From an uncultured Planctomycetaceae bacterium (lineage in GTDB: Bacteria > Planctomycetota > Planctomycetia > Planctomycetales > Planctomycetaceae): DNA of 64,000 nt. The notes under the pieces were generated by a model that saw only the letters and a list, made by a program, of their open reading frames with translations, was not told the DNA's origin and did no database searches. This document shows positions 20,217 to 30,546 of this stretch, piece after piece. Every line of letters starts with the position of its first letter. The first letter of the stretch is position 1. Where the stretch lies: positions 928,001-992,000 of the forward strand of contig CAWFGE010000012.1 of NCBI GenBank assembly GCA_963815195.1, in the 5' to 3' direction. The position numbers and the translations under genes were made by a program.

Positions 20217-21512
20217 ATGTTCCAACGCATGATCGGTCAGATCGCGCTGTGCGGTGCCGCCCTCATCACGAGTTCGGCGTCCGCCCAGTTTTTCCCCGGC
20301 AGTACGATTGATCCGTGTGCTCCGGCTCGCCCGGTGGCTTCCGCGAGCCTGGTGCAAGTCGCCTCCGCGGTTCCGGCGCAGCATTGCGTGACCACGTGCA
20401 CGCCGGCTCTCGTTCCCGTCGCGCAGACCATGTACCAAAACGTGCGGGTGACGGAATTTCAACCGGTGAAACGCACCGTCCAACGCCCCGTGGTGGAAAC
20501 CCGCTATGTCGATCAAGAGGTGACGGCTTACCGCCCGATTACCGAAACCCGCACCGCGGAAGTTCCCACGGTGAATTATACCAACGTGACGGAATATCAA
20601 ACCGTCACCCGCGACATGGGCCAATGGTTCACGTCCCGCGAGTGCATCAACCGCCCCACGCCCTGCCAGTACGATCCCCGTCCCGGTTTGCTCGGCGGGC
20701 TGAACCGGTTTGGCTACTCCCTGCGGTCGGCGTTTACTCCAAACTTTCGCACCAACCGGCAGTATGTTCCGAATTATGTCGCCCAAGCGGTGCCCGTCAC
20801 CCGGCAGGTCGCCGTCCACGGCACCCAGCAAGTCACCTACAACGTGACCCGCATGGAACCTTACAAAACCACCCGCAAGGTTGCGGTGAACTCCGTGCGG
20901 ATGGTGGCCGAGGAAGTCACCGAAATGCATCCCGTGACCGTGATGCGGTCGATTCCCACCGGCACGCGGGTGGCGTATGTGTCGCCTTCGAGCCTGGCCG
21001 CTTCCCGGACCGCGTTGGCTCCTTCGCCCGATCCCGGCGCGGTTGCCAGCGGCCGCCAGACCATCGTTCCCTCCCGCACCGCCGACGCCCGCAGCAACGA
21101 CCTGAAACGCTTCAATCGGGAACGCACGCCCAACCCGATGAACGGTTATGAAGAAAAGAAACCCCCGGTCAACACGTTCCAAAAAGACGGCGAATCCTTT
21201 CCGCCGACCACGCAAATCCAAAACCCGAATATGATTCAAAACACCTCCCACACCGAAACCCAGCCGGTCACCCGGCACGCGGAATTGTGGGAAACCCCCG
21301 AAACCCAACAGGCCCCGGCCTCTTCCGCGGGACCCGCGATGCAGCCGCCGATGACGAACTCTCGGCCCGTGACGGCGGCGCCTCCGGTTCGCCCCACGAA
21401 GAGCATCCCGTCCATCGTGCGAGTCAGCCGCTGGACCCGCCGGCCCGCCGCGACCGCCGCCCCTTCGGGACCGGCCCTGCCGTCGCCCGGCATTTCCGTC
21501 GCGGTCGATTAG
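20217..21512 (+). CDS. Secreted hypothetical protein with Val/Thr-rich beta-strand repeats and Pro-rich tail
   Basis: Signal peptide ending SASA-Q, repeated V/T/E/Y segments, low-complexity C-terminus. Confidence 0.7.
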   Translation: MFQRMIGQIALCGAALITSSASAQFFPGSTIDPCAPARPVASASLVQVASAVPAQHCVTTCTPALVPVAQTMYQNVRVTEFQPVKRTVQRPVVETRYVDQEVTAYRPITETRTAEVPTVNYTNVTEYQTVTRDMGQWFTSRECINRPTPCQYDPRPGLLGGLNRFGYSLRSAFTPNFRTNRQYVPNYVAQAVPVTRQVAVHGTQQVTYNVTRMEPYKTTRKVAVNSVRMVAEEVTEMHPVTVMRSIPTGTRVAYVSPSSLAASRTALAPSPDPGAVASGRQTIVPSRTADARSNDLKRFNRERTPNPMNGYEEKKPPVNTFQKDGESFPPTTQIQNPNMIQNTSHTETQPVTRHAELWETPETQQAPASSAGPAMQPPMTNSRPVTAAPPVRPTKSIPSIVRVSRWTRRPAATAAPSGPALPSPGISVAVD

Positions 21513-21673
21513 TCCAAGCTGAGGCACAGGAAACACAAACGGATTTTTCAGGAACTTTCTCCTTCCGACGCCCTCGGGCGTCACCTTTGAATCTTCACCG
21601 ATTCAACCTTCCCCCCCCTGTTTGAAATGACTGCGCGGCCTCGGCATCACGCCGAGTCCCACCCGATCTTAAG

Positions 21674-21787
21674 AACGGGATTGTCCTCCGGGACAATCCC
21701 GTTTCTCATTATATCTGAGCGGCACGGCGCTAGCCGCCGGTTTTGGGGATCTCATTGCATGTGAGCGGCACGGCGCTAGCCGCCGGT
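21674..21787. repeat. REP-like cluster: hairpin plus two 26-bp direct repeats
   Basis: aacgggattgtcc/ggacaatcccgtt hairpin; tgagcggcacggcgctagccgccggt at 21716-21741 and 21762-21787. Confidence 0.75.
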
Positions 21788-21919
21788 GGGGTTTGATCGT
21801 CCGCCTCCACGTCTTTCGTTCGGAGAATCCGTCGCCTAGAATAACCAGCGTTCCCTGGAAGCGGGCGAACACGCCCTGCAACAACCTGTCCCTGTGCTGA
21901 TGATGGAACCGAACCGGTC

Positions 21920-22621
21920 ATGCCGAGCCTTACGGTGGAGAATTATCTCAAAGCGGCACTTCAAATCAATTTGAAGTCCAAGCGCGAATCCGTCAGCACG
22001 GGCGAATTGGCGGCGAAGCTGAACGTCTCGCCGGGCACCGTGTCCAGCATGCTCAAATCGCTCGCGGAACCCAAAACCGAAGACGGCCAAATCCGCCCGC
22101 CGCTGGTAAACTACAAACCTTACGAGGGCATCTCGCTCACGGAGGAAGGCCGGCGGATCGCGGTCCGGATCCTCCGCCGGCATCGCCTGATCGAACTCTT
22201 CCTCGCGCAGACGCTCGATCTCACCTGGGACCAGGTTCACGAAGAAGCGGAAAACATGGAGCACGCGGTCAGCGATATTTTGATCGACCGCATCGATGAG
22301 TTTCTCGGCCATCCGGAATACGACCCGCACGGCGATCCGATCCCCACCGCCGAGGGCAAAATGCGAACGGACACCACCAACGCCGTGCCGTTGTCGGAGT
22401 GTCCGCCGGGGACGAGAATCCGCATCGTCCGCGTGACGAACCAGGGGCCGGATTTTCTGAGGTTCCTTTCCGAATCTGGCCTGGAAATCGGCGCGGTGGG
22501 CGAAGTCACCGAAAACAACCCCGAAGCCGGCCTCGTCACGACCAACCTTCCTCAAGGCTCGATCCCCATGTCCCACACCGCGGCCGCGGCGCTGATGGTG
22601 GTCCGGGAAAGCGGGGAGTGA
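21920..22621 (+). CDS. DtxR/MntR-family metal-dependent regulator with FeoA-like domain
   Basis: ENYLKA, LTEEGRRIA..ILRRHRLIELFL, EAENMEHAVS and DPHGDPIP motifs. Confidence 0.93.
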   Translation: MPSLTVENYLKAALQINLKSKRESVSTGELAAKLNVSPGTVSSMLKSLAEPKTEDGQIRPPLVNYKPYEGISLTEEGRRIAVRILRRHRLIELFLAQTLDLTWDQVHEEAENMEHAVSDILIDRIDEFLGHPEYDPHGDPIPTAEGKMRTDTTNAVPLSECPPGTRIRIVRVTNQGPDFLRFLSESGLEIGAVGEVTENNPEAGLVTTNLPQGSIPMSHTAAAALMVVRESGE

Positions 22622-22722
22622 AGTTTGACCGAACCGGCTTCGCTATAATTGAAAATCCCGAAGCGGTAAACTTGTGCTTTGAATTTCCTGTCCGATCAAT
22701 CGCCGAGAATAATTGCTGACAT

Positions 22723-24000
22723 ATGCCGCCTCATCAACTCACGCTCTTTGATAACGATCAAGCTGAGAAGAACACCACGACGTTTGTCAACAATTTGACT
22801 TTACCGGTACATCGCTGGTTCCGTTATAGCGCAGGCTTCTCGGCGAGTTGGGCGAAGTCCCTGATCTCGAATTTCAAGACCGAGTGGAAAACCGTTCGAG
22901 TTTTCGATCCTTTCGCAGGCTCGGCGACCACGCTTCTTGCCGCGGAAGAGGCCCATATTGAAAGCTACGGAGTTGAGTCCCACCCGTTTGTTGCAAGAAT
23001 CGCACGGGCAAAGCTACTCCGCCAACAGGGTCCCGACAAATATCGGGAATTTGCAAATCGCATTTTGCGGAGCGCGCAGCAAAATACCGGCAATTGTCTG
23101 GCCTATCCCGATTTAATCCACCGCTGCTTCTCGGAAGAACATCTCGAAGCGCTGGATCGCCTGCGGTGCGCCTGGGAATCCTTTGCGGACGGTTCGCCGG
23201 CCTCGGAATTGACCTGGCTCACCTTGGTCAGCATTTTGCGAAGAACGTCCCACGTCGGCACGGCCCAATGGCAGTATGTGCTACCCAACAAGTCCAAGAA
23301 GAACGTGCTGCATCCATTCGAGGCGTTCTTGGAGTTTTCTCGCATCGTTTACAAGGACATGTCGGCATCGCAAGAGATTCCCTCCCTGGCAACGTTCGTG
23401 GAATCGGACGCCCGCACGTGCGATGGGGTGCCGGATGGTTTTGCGAATCTCGTCATTACGTCCCCGCCTTATCCGAACAACTACGACTACGCCGATGCAA
23501 CCCGGCTCGAAATGATGTTCATGCGGGAGATTGCAGGCTGGGGAGATTTGCAGGAAACCGTGAGAACTCATCTTGTAAGGTCTTGCTCACAACACACCAC
23601 AACGAAAAACACCGACTGGGAACAACTCCTCGCGAGTCAGGAACTCGAGCCGATTGCCAAGGAACTGAGGGATGTGGTGGAAAGACTCGCCGACGTCCGA
23701 AAAACCAAGGGCGGAAAAAAGAACTACCACCTCATGGTGACGGCCTACTTCTATGATTTGGCCCAGGTCTGGAGAGCGCTTCGCCGCGTGTGCTCCGAGG
23801 ATTCCACGGTCTGCTTCGTGATTGGAGATTCCGCGCCGTATGGCGTTTATGTTCCCGTGGCCGAATGGCTGGGACAACTTGCAACGGCCGCCGGCTTCAA
23901 GCAGTGGCGGTTTGAAAAACTCCGGGAACGCAACACCAAGTGGAAAAACCGAAAACACCGCGTCCCGCTCTGCGAGGGACGTCTTTGGGTACAAGGATAG
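22723..24000 (+). CDS. DNA amino-methyltransferase (probably N4-cytosine, alpha-type motif order)
   Basis: HRWFRYSAGFS, motif I DPFAGSATT preceding motif IV ITSPPY, then VIGDS. Confidence 0.88.
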   Translation: MPPHQLTLFDNDQAEKNTTTFVNNLTLPVHRWFRYSAGFSASWAKSLISNFKTEWKTVRVFDPFAGSATTLLAAEEAHIESYGVESHPFVARIARAKLLRQQGPDKYREFANRILRSAQQNTGNCLAYPDLIHRCFSEEHLEALDRLRCAWESFADGSPASELTWLTLVSILRRTSHVGTAQWQYVLPNKSKKNVLHPFEAFLEFSRIVYKDMSASQEIPSLATFVESDARTCDGVPDGFANLVITSPPYPNNYDYADATRLEMMFMREIAGWGDLQETVRTHLVRSCSQHTTTKNTDWEQLLASQELEPIAKELRDVVERLADVRKTKGGKKNYHLMVTAYFYDLAQVWRALRRVCSEDSTVCFVIGDSAPYGVYVPVAEWLGQLATAAGFKQWRFEKLRERNTKWKNRKHRVPLCEGRLWVQG

Positions 24001-24010
24001 TCCAAGGATT

Positions 24011-24889
24011 ATGGCGCAATCCCCCACCCACAAGTTCGGGCAAATAATTGGCGACCTCTTGGAAGAAATGCTTCGCCAACCTCTCGCGGAAGTCGCGGCG
24101 AAACATGGCTACTATCTCGACTATAAACACGAGAGGCCGGCGAGAAATAATCGCAAGAAAGTCACTTGGACAGACCATAAGAACAACAACCACGACCTGG
24201 ACTACGTTTTAGAGCAAGGAGGAACGGAGGACCAAATCGGCAGCCCCAAGGCGTTTATCGAAAGTGCCTGGCGGCGCTATACCAAGCACTCAAGAAATAA
24301 AGCTCAAGAAATCCAAGGAGCCGTCTCTGTCCTCGCGGAAACTTATAGCGAGCACCATCCATTTCTCGGCGTGGTTTTAGCCGGCGTCTTCACGGAAGGA
24401 TCGATGCAACAACTCCGGTCACACGGTTTTTCGATCGTGTACTGTCCCTATGAAACTGTTCTCGCCACCTTCAAATGCGTCGGCATCAATGCGGGATTTG
24501 ATGAAGCCACGTCCGATGCCGAAGTCTCCAAGAAAGTGAACGCCTATTCCGCCTTGAGCAAAGCGAAACATTCCAAGCTCATCAGCACACTTCAATCCTT
24601 GGTCCAAGAGGATTTAACACAGTTCCTCGGAGAGTTGGAACAAAGTTTAACTCGAAAAATCGTTCGAGTTTTCGTGGCGACTTTACATGGTCCGGTCCAC
24701 GAGTTGGCTGGCGTGCAAGCCGCCGTAGCGTTCATCAAGGAATTCAACGAAAACAAGCTTGTGAAGGGTTTCGTCCGGTATGAAGTTGATATCCGCTACT
24801 CCAACGGCGATCACATCAGCGGACAATTCGAGGAAAAAGCCACAGCGATTCAATTCTTGAACGGCTTGATTTCGACAGAAATGGCTTAG
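24011..24889 (+). CDS. Putative type II restriction endonuclease
   Basis: 10 bp after the MTase, visibly AT-richer, D...E-x-x-W-R candidate PD-(D/E)XK variant (HDLDYVLE...FIESAWRRYTKHSRNK). Confidence 0.65.
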   Translation: MAQSPTHKFGQIIGDLLEEMLRQPLAEVAAKHGYYLDYKHERPARNNRKKVTWTDHKNNNHDLDYVLEQGGTEDQIGSPKAFIESAWRRYTKHSRNKAQEIQGAVSVLAETYSEHHPFLGVVLAGVFTEGSMQQLRSHGFSIVYCPYETVLATFKCVGINAGFDEATSDAEVSKKVNAYSALSKAKHSKLISTLQSLVQEDLTQFLGELEQSLTRKIVRVFVATLHGPVHELAGVQAAVAFIKEFNENKLVKGFVRYEVDIRYSNGDHISGQFEEKATAIQFLNGLISTEMA

Positions 24890-25008
24890 AGGCGCTTACG
24901 CTACAAACTCCCGAAGGGCTTCTCTTGTTGCCGCCTGCGTGCGGTGGTTTCGGATTCCGGCGACTTATCCTCCCCGGCCAGATTTTGAGCCGGGTTCGGG
25001 GAATGGGA

Positions 25009-25290
25009 TTATTCGGCGGCGGCGGACGGGTGTTTCGTGAGGCGGTAAAGGAGAAAGCCGCCGAGGAGCGTCATGGCGATCATTAGCGGCCAGCGGTAGT
25101 GGACCTGGCTGTCGTCTTGGAAGCTGAGGAGCCAATGCTAGGGGGAATCGTTGAGGTCTTGGGCGGTCGTCAGTTGGCCCCAGCAGCCGTGGAGGATCGC
25201 CAGGCTATTCCAGGTGAAGTCGAGCAGCATGCACGGGAGTAAGCTTCCGCTGCGGACCGCGATCAATCCCAACACGGCGCTGATGGTGGT
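25009..25290 (-). pseudogene. C-terminal remnant of a CPBP/Abi-type membrane protease gene
   Basis: Reads TTISAVLGLIAVRSGSLLPCMLLDFTWNSLA...DSP*HWLL...AAE* with an internal TAG and no start. Confidence 0.55.
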
Positions 25291-25362
25291 GCGGGAAGAT
25301 GGGAAGTGACGCGAACGCGGCCGCGGCGCTGATGGTGGTCCGGGAAGATGGGAAATGACGCG
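25275..25362 (+). repeat. Two tandem copies of the 3' end of the DtxR gene
   Basis: 25316-25346 is identical to 22579-22609 (31 bp). A second, shorter copy starts at 25275 (49-bp period). Confidence 0.9.
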
Positions 25363-25372
25363 GACGCCGCGG

Positions 25373-25762
25373 CTACATTCCGGATATCACGGAGATGATG
25401 TGCTCGTTCGCGGCGGGGAAGTTGAGGCCTTTCAAATCCTCCCGCGGGACCCAGCGGAAACCTTGATGCTCCTCAGCCGCTTGCTCCGGGTGTAACGGCC
25501 GGCAGAGCCAGAAAAACAGTTCCACGGTGACGTGATCGTAGCTGTGAATCCGCCGGTCCAACAACCGAAAGGGTTCGACATCCAATCCCGTTTCCTCGCG
25601 GCATTCGCGGACGGCGCAAAGGGCGGGCGTTTCCTCCGGCCAGCATTTGCCGCCCGGAAACTCCGCAAACCCCGCAAGCGGCGAACCCTCCCCCCGCACG
25701 CCGACCAAAAACCGCCCGGCATGTTCCACAACCGCAATCCCGATTTGCGTGGCAAGTGACAC
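25373..25762 (-). CDS. MutT-like NUDIX hydrolase
   Basis: Nudix box EFPGGK...ETPALCAVRECREETG and C-terminal FPAAN. Confidence 0.88.
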   Translation of the reverse strand: MSLATQIGIAVVEHAGRFLVGVRGEGSPLAGFAEFPGGKCWPEETPALCAVRECREETGLDVEPFRLLDRRIHSYDHVTVELFFWLCRPLHPEQAAEEHQGFRWVPREDLKGLNFPAANEHIISVISGM

Positions 25763-25875
25763 GTTGGACCTTTCTGGACCGGATTTGTCGTGCGGACCGC
25801 TTTTCAAAGACGAATTATCCTAAAGCCCTTGATGGAAGACATTTGCGATTCACAAACAGCTTGTGGCGCAAAGAA

Positions 25876-26060
25876 GTCCCTCTAGGAGTAGAGGGACACG
25901 TTGTTTGGGACTCCACTTGAATGTGGGTTTCCGGTCCGCCGGCCCCTTTGCTGCGGCAGCCAGGGCAGCAAAGGACGATTCGAATCATTGGCGGCCCGGA
26001 ATCGAGACTGTCCTCCTCCCAAAGGACAGCCCTCACCGGATATCCGGGCCTCGATTCGGC
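25876..26060. ncRNA. Candidate structured non-coding RNA (family unknown)
   Basis: Several strong nested or alternative stems in an interval with no credible CDS (see findings). Confidence 0.4.
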
Positions 26061-26145
26061 TCCTTTCAAAAGGTCATGAATCCAGGCACCACGCCCTATG
26101 GCGGCGTCCAAAGTCGTCAATCGGCGTCGAAAAACCGAACGGTCT

Positions 26146-26187
26146 CCGCACCGACGCGCATCAGTTGCGCGCCCGGTGCGGTTTTTT
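26146..26187 (+). terminator. Intrinsic terminator-like hairpin with U-tract on +
   Basis: ccgcaccg...cggtgcgg followed by tttttt. Confidence 0.65.
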
Positions 26188-26214
26188 GTTGCGCATGCCG
26201 TTTCCGGTGGTCCG

Positions 26215-27030
26215 TTACGAGGATTTCTCGTGCACTTCGAGGGGCGGGGCGCCCATGATGTGGTAGCCGCAATCGACGTGGAGGGTTTCGCCGGTGATGG
26301 CGCTGGCGAGGTCGCTGAGCAGGAACATCGCGGTCTTGCCGACTTCTTCGGGGCTGATGTTTCGCCGCATGGGGGAGAAGGTTTCGTAAAGGTCCAACAT
26401 CTTTTTGAAGTCGCCCACGGCGGAGGAGGCCAGCGTTTTTAAAGGACCCGCACTCAGGGCGTTGACGCGAAAACCTTCGGGGCCGAGTTCGTTCGCCAGG
26501 TATTCGACGGAACTTTCCAGGGCGGCTTTGCAGATGCCCATCATGTTGTAGCCGGGAATCACTTTTTCGCCGCCGAGGTACGTCATCGCGAGCAGGCTGC
26601 CGCCGGGATTGAATACCTCGCGGGCCCGGCGGGCCAAGGCGATCAGGCTGTAGGCGCTGATGTCCATCGCCAGCTTAAACCCATCCCGGCTGACGTCGTA
26701 CACCGGGCACTTCAAGTCCTCGGTCGGAGCGAAGGCCAGCGAGTGGATCACGAAATCGATCTTCCCAAACGTCTCGCGGGCCGCGGCGAAGATGGAATCG
26801 ATCTCTTCATCGTTCTGAATGTCGCAGGGCAGGACGAACTTGGCTCCCTGCGGATCGACGAGCGCCCTTAGCTTCTTTTCGTTTTTGCGGCGCTCGAAAT
26901 CTCTGTCCGGGAGGTGCGTAAAGCCCATCTCGGCTCCTTGGGCAAACAACTGCTCGCTGATTGCCCAGGCGATCGAACGGTCGTTGGCGATGCCGAACAC
27001 CACGCCTTTTTTTCCATCAAACAAACCCAT
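26215..27030 (-). CDS. fabI: Enoyl-ACP reductase FabI
   Basis: [30 protein letters not shown] and SAGPLKTLA motifs. Confidence 0.95.
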   Translation of the reverse strand: MGLFDGKKGVVFGIANDRSIAWAISEQLFAQGAEMGFTHLPDRDFERRKNEKKLRALVDPQGAKFVLPCDIQNDEEIDSIFAAARETFGKIDFVIHSLAFAPTEDLKCPVYDVSRDGFKLAMDISAYSLIALARRAREVFNPGGSLLAMTYLGGEKVIPGYNMMGICKAALESSVEYLANELGPEGFRVNALSAGPLKTLASSAVGDFKKMLDLYETFSPMRRNISPEEVGKTAMFLLSDLASAITGETLHVDCGYHIMGAPPLEVHEKSS

Positions 27031-27344
27031 GCCGGTCCCTCGTTTTCTTCTGAAATGCTGAACCAAATGAAATCCCGAATGTCCCGCCGCCTCCACCTGG
27101 GGCCAATGGCACGATAGCGATTCTTGTTCAGGGCATCAATATCAAGCAGGGCGGTTTGGGCGGGGTGCCCCTGAGGAACGCAGGGCGTGGTGAAAGCGTT
27201 CCCAAAGTCGCCACGCCTTCGCTGCGCTCGGGGTCGTGCGACCCGTTTTGGGAAATGCGGAGAAGAGTCATTGCAAAATCGCGGGGGGTTATCGATGATT
27301 CAGGGCGTCTTATCGCTTCGATCTTCTTTCCAGCCGATATTTTC

Positions 27345-28449
27345 GTGATTAAGCTTCTGTTGTTGATTCCCACGTTGGACCGTTCGGGAGCCGAGAAACA
27401 GTTCACATTGCTCGCCACGGGGCTGCCGCGCGAGGAATTTGAGATTGAGGTCGTCTGCCTCACGCGGGGCGGACCTTACGAAGCCGCGCTCCGCGAGCAG
27501 GAAATTCCCGTCACCATTCTCCACAAGCGGATGAAATTCGATCCCGTCGCGTTTTTTCGCCTGAAAAAGTTGATCGGGCGCCGGCGGCCGGACGTTCTCC
27601 ACACCTGGCTGTTCGCCGCGAATGCCTACGGTCGCCTCGCGGTCGGCGGCAAAGGTCGGCCGCGGGTTCTCGTCTCCGAACGCTGCGTCGATTCGTGGAA
27701 GCAAAGCTGGCAGCTCAAACTGGACCAGAAACTCATCCCCCGCACCGACCGCTTGATCGCCAACTCGGAAAGCGTCGCCGGGTTTTACCTGGAGCAGGGA
27801 TTCCCGGCGGAACGGATTGTCGTGATCCCCAACGGCGTGAAGACAGTCACCGATCCGCCGCTTTCGGAAACGGAGCGAAATGCGATCCTGGCGGAGTTCG
27901 ACATCCCGCCCGGCTCCCGCGTTGTGGGCTACGCCGGGCGGTTGGCTCCGCAAAAACGGGGGAAGGATTTGATCTGGAGCCTGCAGCTACTCAAGCAGTT
28001 GACCGACCGGGTTTATCTCGTCATCGTCGGCGACGGGCCGGACCGGGAGAACTTGATCAGCCTCGCCAAGCACATGGGCTGCGACAATCTCGTCCGGTTT
28101 TTGGGGCACCGCGATGATGTGCCCCGGCTGATGCGAACGTTTAGCACGCTCTGGCTCGCCAGCGATTTCGAGGGGCAATCCAACAGCCTCATGGAAGCGA
28201 TGGCTCGGGGCATTCCCGTCGTGGCGAGCGACATCCCGGCCAATCGCGAACTCGTTGTGGATGGCGAAACGGGCTTTGTGGTGAAGGTGGGCGACTGCCA
28301 GGGGTTTTCGCAGTTCACCGACCGGATTCTGGCCGACCCCGAACTGGCGAACCGCCTGGGCGAAGCGGCCCGCGCGGATGCAGAGCCGGTTCGGTTTGGA
28401 TCAAATGATCGCCGCCCATCGGGACCTCTATCACGAACTGGCGGGGTGA
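27345..28449 (+). CDS. GT4 glycosyltransferase; apparent frameshift near 28375
   Basis: SGAEKQ, VIPNG, GRLAPQKR and EGQSNSLMEAMARG (EX7E) motifs. Confidence 0.88.
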
Positions 28450-28453
28450 GGGC

Positions 28454-30436
28454 ATGTGCGGAATCACGGGAGCCGCGTGGCAAGCGGGAGCCGCCCCGCT
28501 GGAGGAAGCGGTCCTCGCGCGGATGGTTCAGGTCCTCAGCCATCGGGGACCCGATGCGGACGGGACTTATTTCAGTCCAAACCCCGATGGTTCCGAATCG
28601 CCGGGGGCGGCTTTGGGGCATCGGCGGTTGTCGATCATCGACCTGGAAGGCGGCAGGCAGCCGCTGTCCAACGAAGATGGCTCGGTCTGGATCGTGTTCA
28701 ACGGCGAGATTTACAACTACCGCGAGCATGCGGCCGATCCTGGAATCGCAAGGCCATCGGTTCCACACCGGCAGCGACACCGAAACCATCGTGCATCTCT
28801 ACGAGGAATACGGCTGCGACTGCCTCGCCCATTTGCGGGGCATGTTCGCCTTTGCGATTTGGGACGAGCGGAAACGCCGGCTGTTTCTCGCCCGGGACCG
28901 TCTGGGCCAAAAGCCGTTGTTCTACCGCCAGGAAGCGGACCGGTTCCTGTTCGCGAGCGAGCTCAAATCGCTGCTGCAAATCCCCGAGGCCCCGCGAACG
29001 CTCGATCCCCGCGCCTCGATGCCTATTTGCTTTACCAGTACGTCCCGTATCCGATGTGCATGTTGGAGGGCTATCACAAGTTGCCGCCCGCGCACTTTGC
29101 GGTTTATGAAAATGGAAACCTCACGCTCGAGCGTTACTGGCAGCCGCCTTACGAAGATGTCTTCGCTCCTGATGAAAGCACGGGTGTCGGAGAAACGCCA
29201 TGGACGATCGAACGTTGGCAGCGGGAGCTCCGGCAGACGCTGACCGAAGCGGTCGCCCTGCGGATGCGAAGCGATGTGCCCTTGGGGGCGTTTTTGTCGG
29301 GCGGGGTGGACTCCACGATCATCGCCGGGCTGATGCAGCAACTCTCCGACCGCCCGGTGCACACGTTTTCCATTGGCTTTCCCGTTTCGCAATTCGACGA
29401 GCGGGCCTACGCCCGGCAGGCGGCCGCATTTTTGGGAACCCATCATCACGAACAATTGGTCGAGCCTCAGGCTTTGGAAATCCTGCCCAAGTTGATCTGG
29501 CATTATGATGAGCCGTTCGCCGACAGTTCCGCGATTCCCACGATGTACCTTTCCGAGATGACCCGCCGGCACGTGACGGTCGCCCTTTCCGGCGACGGCG
29601 GCGACGAGCTGTTCGCGGGCTACGATCGTTATCAAGCCGTGGCTTTGGGGGATCGGTTTGATCGGCTTCCCGCGCCAATGCGGCGGTTTCTCACCATGAA
29701 ACTCTGGCAAAGATTTCCCGCCTCGGTCCGGCAGAAATCCTTTCGCCGGCGGGCGAAGCGGCTGCTGTCGGCTTTGGGAAAATCTCCCGAACGCCGGTAC
29801 TTGACGTGGATTTCCATTTTCGACGATGATCGACGACGCCCGCTTTACACGGAGGAGTTTCGCCGGGAGTTGGGCGATGCGGACCCGGCGGCGTTTGTGT
29901 TGGACGCCTACCAGATGTGCCCCGGCCGCGATTTCGTGAGCCGCACGACCTGCGCGGATGTGTTGACGTACTTGCCTTGTGACATCTTGACCAAAGTGGA
30001 CGTAGCCAGCATGGCGGTGGGATTGGAATGCCGCAGTCCGTTTTTGGATCATCACGTGGCCGAACTCGCCGCGCGGATGCCCTTGGACCTCAAACTCAAA
30101 CGCCGGCGGGGCAAACGGATTCTGTTGGAGACGTTCGGAGACCTCTTGCCCGCCGCAATCCAAAACCGTCCCAAGATGGGTTTCGGGGTGCCGCTCGATC
30201 ACTGGTTCCGCCACGAACTCAAATCCTTCGTGCGGGAAAAACTGTTGAATCCCAAAGCCCTCGGCCGGGGGTACTTCCAACCGGACGCGGTGCGGAAGCT
30301 CGTCGAAGAACATCAATCCGGCCGCTGGGACCACAGCTATCGGCTCTGGTCTTTGCTCTGTTTTGAAGAATGGCACCAGATGTTCCTCGATGCGGCGAGC
30401 GTGGGGCGTGAGCCCCATGATCATGTCGGAAATTGA
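28454..30436 (+). CDS. asnB: Asparagine synthase-like glutamine-hydrolysing amidotransferase; two compensating indels near 28730 and 29015
   Basis: MCGI, HRGPD, HRRLSIID, FNGEIYN, LSGGVDS, LSGDGGDELFAGY and RPKMGF. The ARDRLGQKPL segment is in a shifted frame. Confidence 0.9.
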   Translation: MCGITGAAWQAGAAPLEEAVLARMVQVLSHRGPDADGTYFSPNPDGSESPGAALGHRRLSIIDLEGGRQPLSNEDGSVWIVFNGEIYNYREHAADPGIARPSVPHRQRHRNHRASLRGIRLRLPRPFAGHVRLCDLGRAETPAVSRPGPSGPKAVVLPPGSGPVPVRERAQIAAANPRGPANARSPRLDAYLLYQYVPYPMCMLEGYHKLPPAHFAVYENGNLTLERYWQPPYEDVFAPDESTGVGETPWTIERWQRELRQTLTEAVALRMRSDVPLGAFLSGGVDSTIIAGLMQQLSDRPVHTFSIGFPVSQFDERAYARQAAAFLGTHHHEQLVEPQALEILPKLIWHYDEPFADSSAIPTMYLSEMTRRHVTVALSGDGGDELFAGYDRYQAVALGDRFDRLPAPMRRFLTMKLWQRFPASVRQKSFRRRAKRLLSALGKSPERRYLTWISIFDDDRRRPLYTEEFRRELGDADPAAFVLDAYQMCPGRDFVSRTTCADVLTYLPCDILTKVDVASMAVGLECRSPFLDHHVAELAARMPLDLKLKRRRGKRILLETFGDLLPAAIQNRPKMGFGVPLDHWFRHELKSFVREKLLNPKALGRGYFQPDAVRKLVEEHQSGRWDHSYRLWSLLCFEEWHQMFLDAASVGREPHDHVGN

Positions 30437-30522
30437 TGAAACCGTGTGAATCCAACGAAGCCAAAAGTGCGAACCAACTCAAGCGCTCGCGAACAATCAT
30501 GGGGCTGACGCCCCACGCTCGC
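30395..30522. repeat. Inverted pair of REP-like palindromes, first copy inside the last asnB codons
   Basis: gcgagcgtggggcgtgagccccatgat (30395-30421) versus atcatggggctgacgccccacgctcgc (30496-30522). Confidence 0.75.
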
Positions 30523-30546
30523 CCCGAACTCCCATAAGGATGGCAT

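Noticed and set aside
21716..21787. Short direct repeats here, at 25275-25362 and at 62366-62437 as mini-CRISPR arrays
   Set aside because: Only two units each, spacers of about 10-20 bp, and no cas genes.
27156..29243. 695-aa GT4-AsnB fusion ORF
   Set aside because: Produced by indels; asnB has its own MCGI start at 28454.
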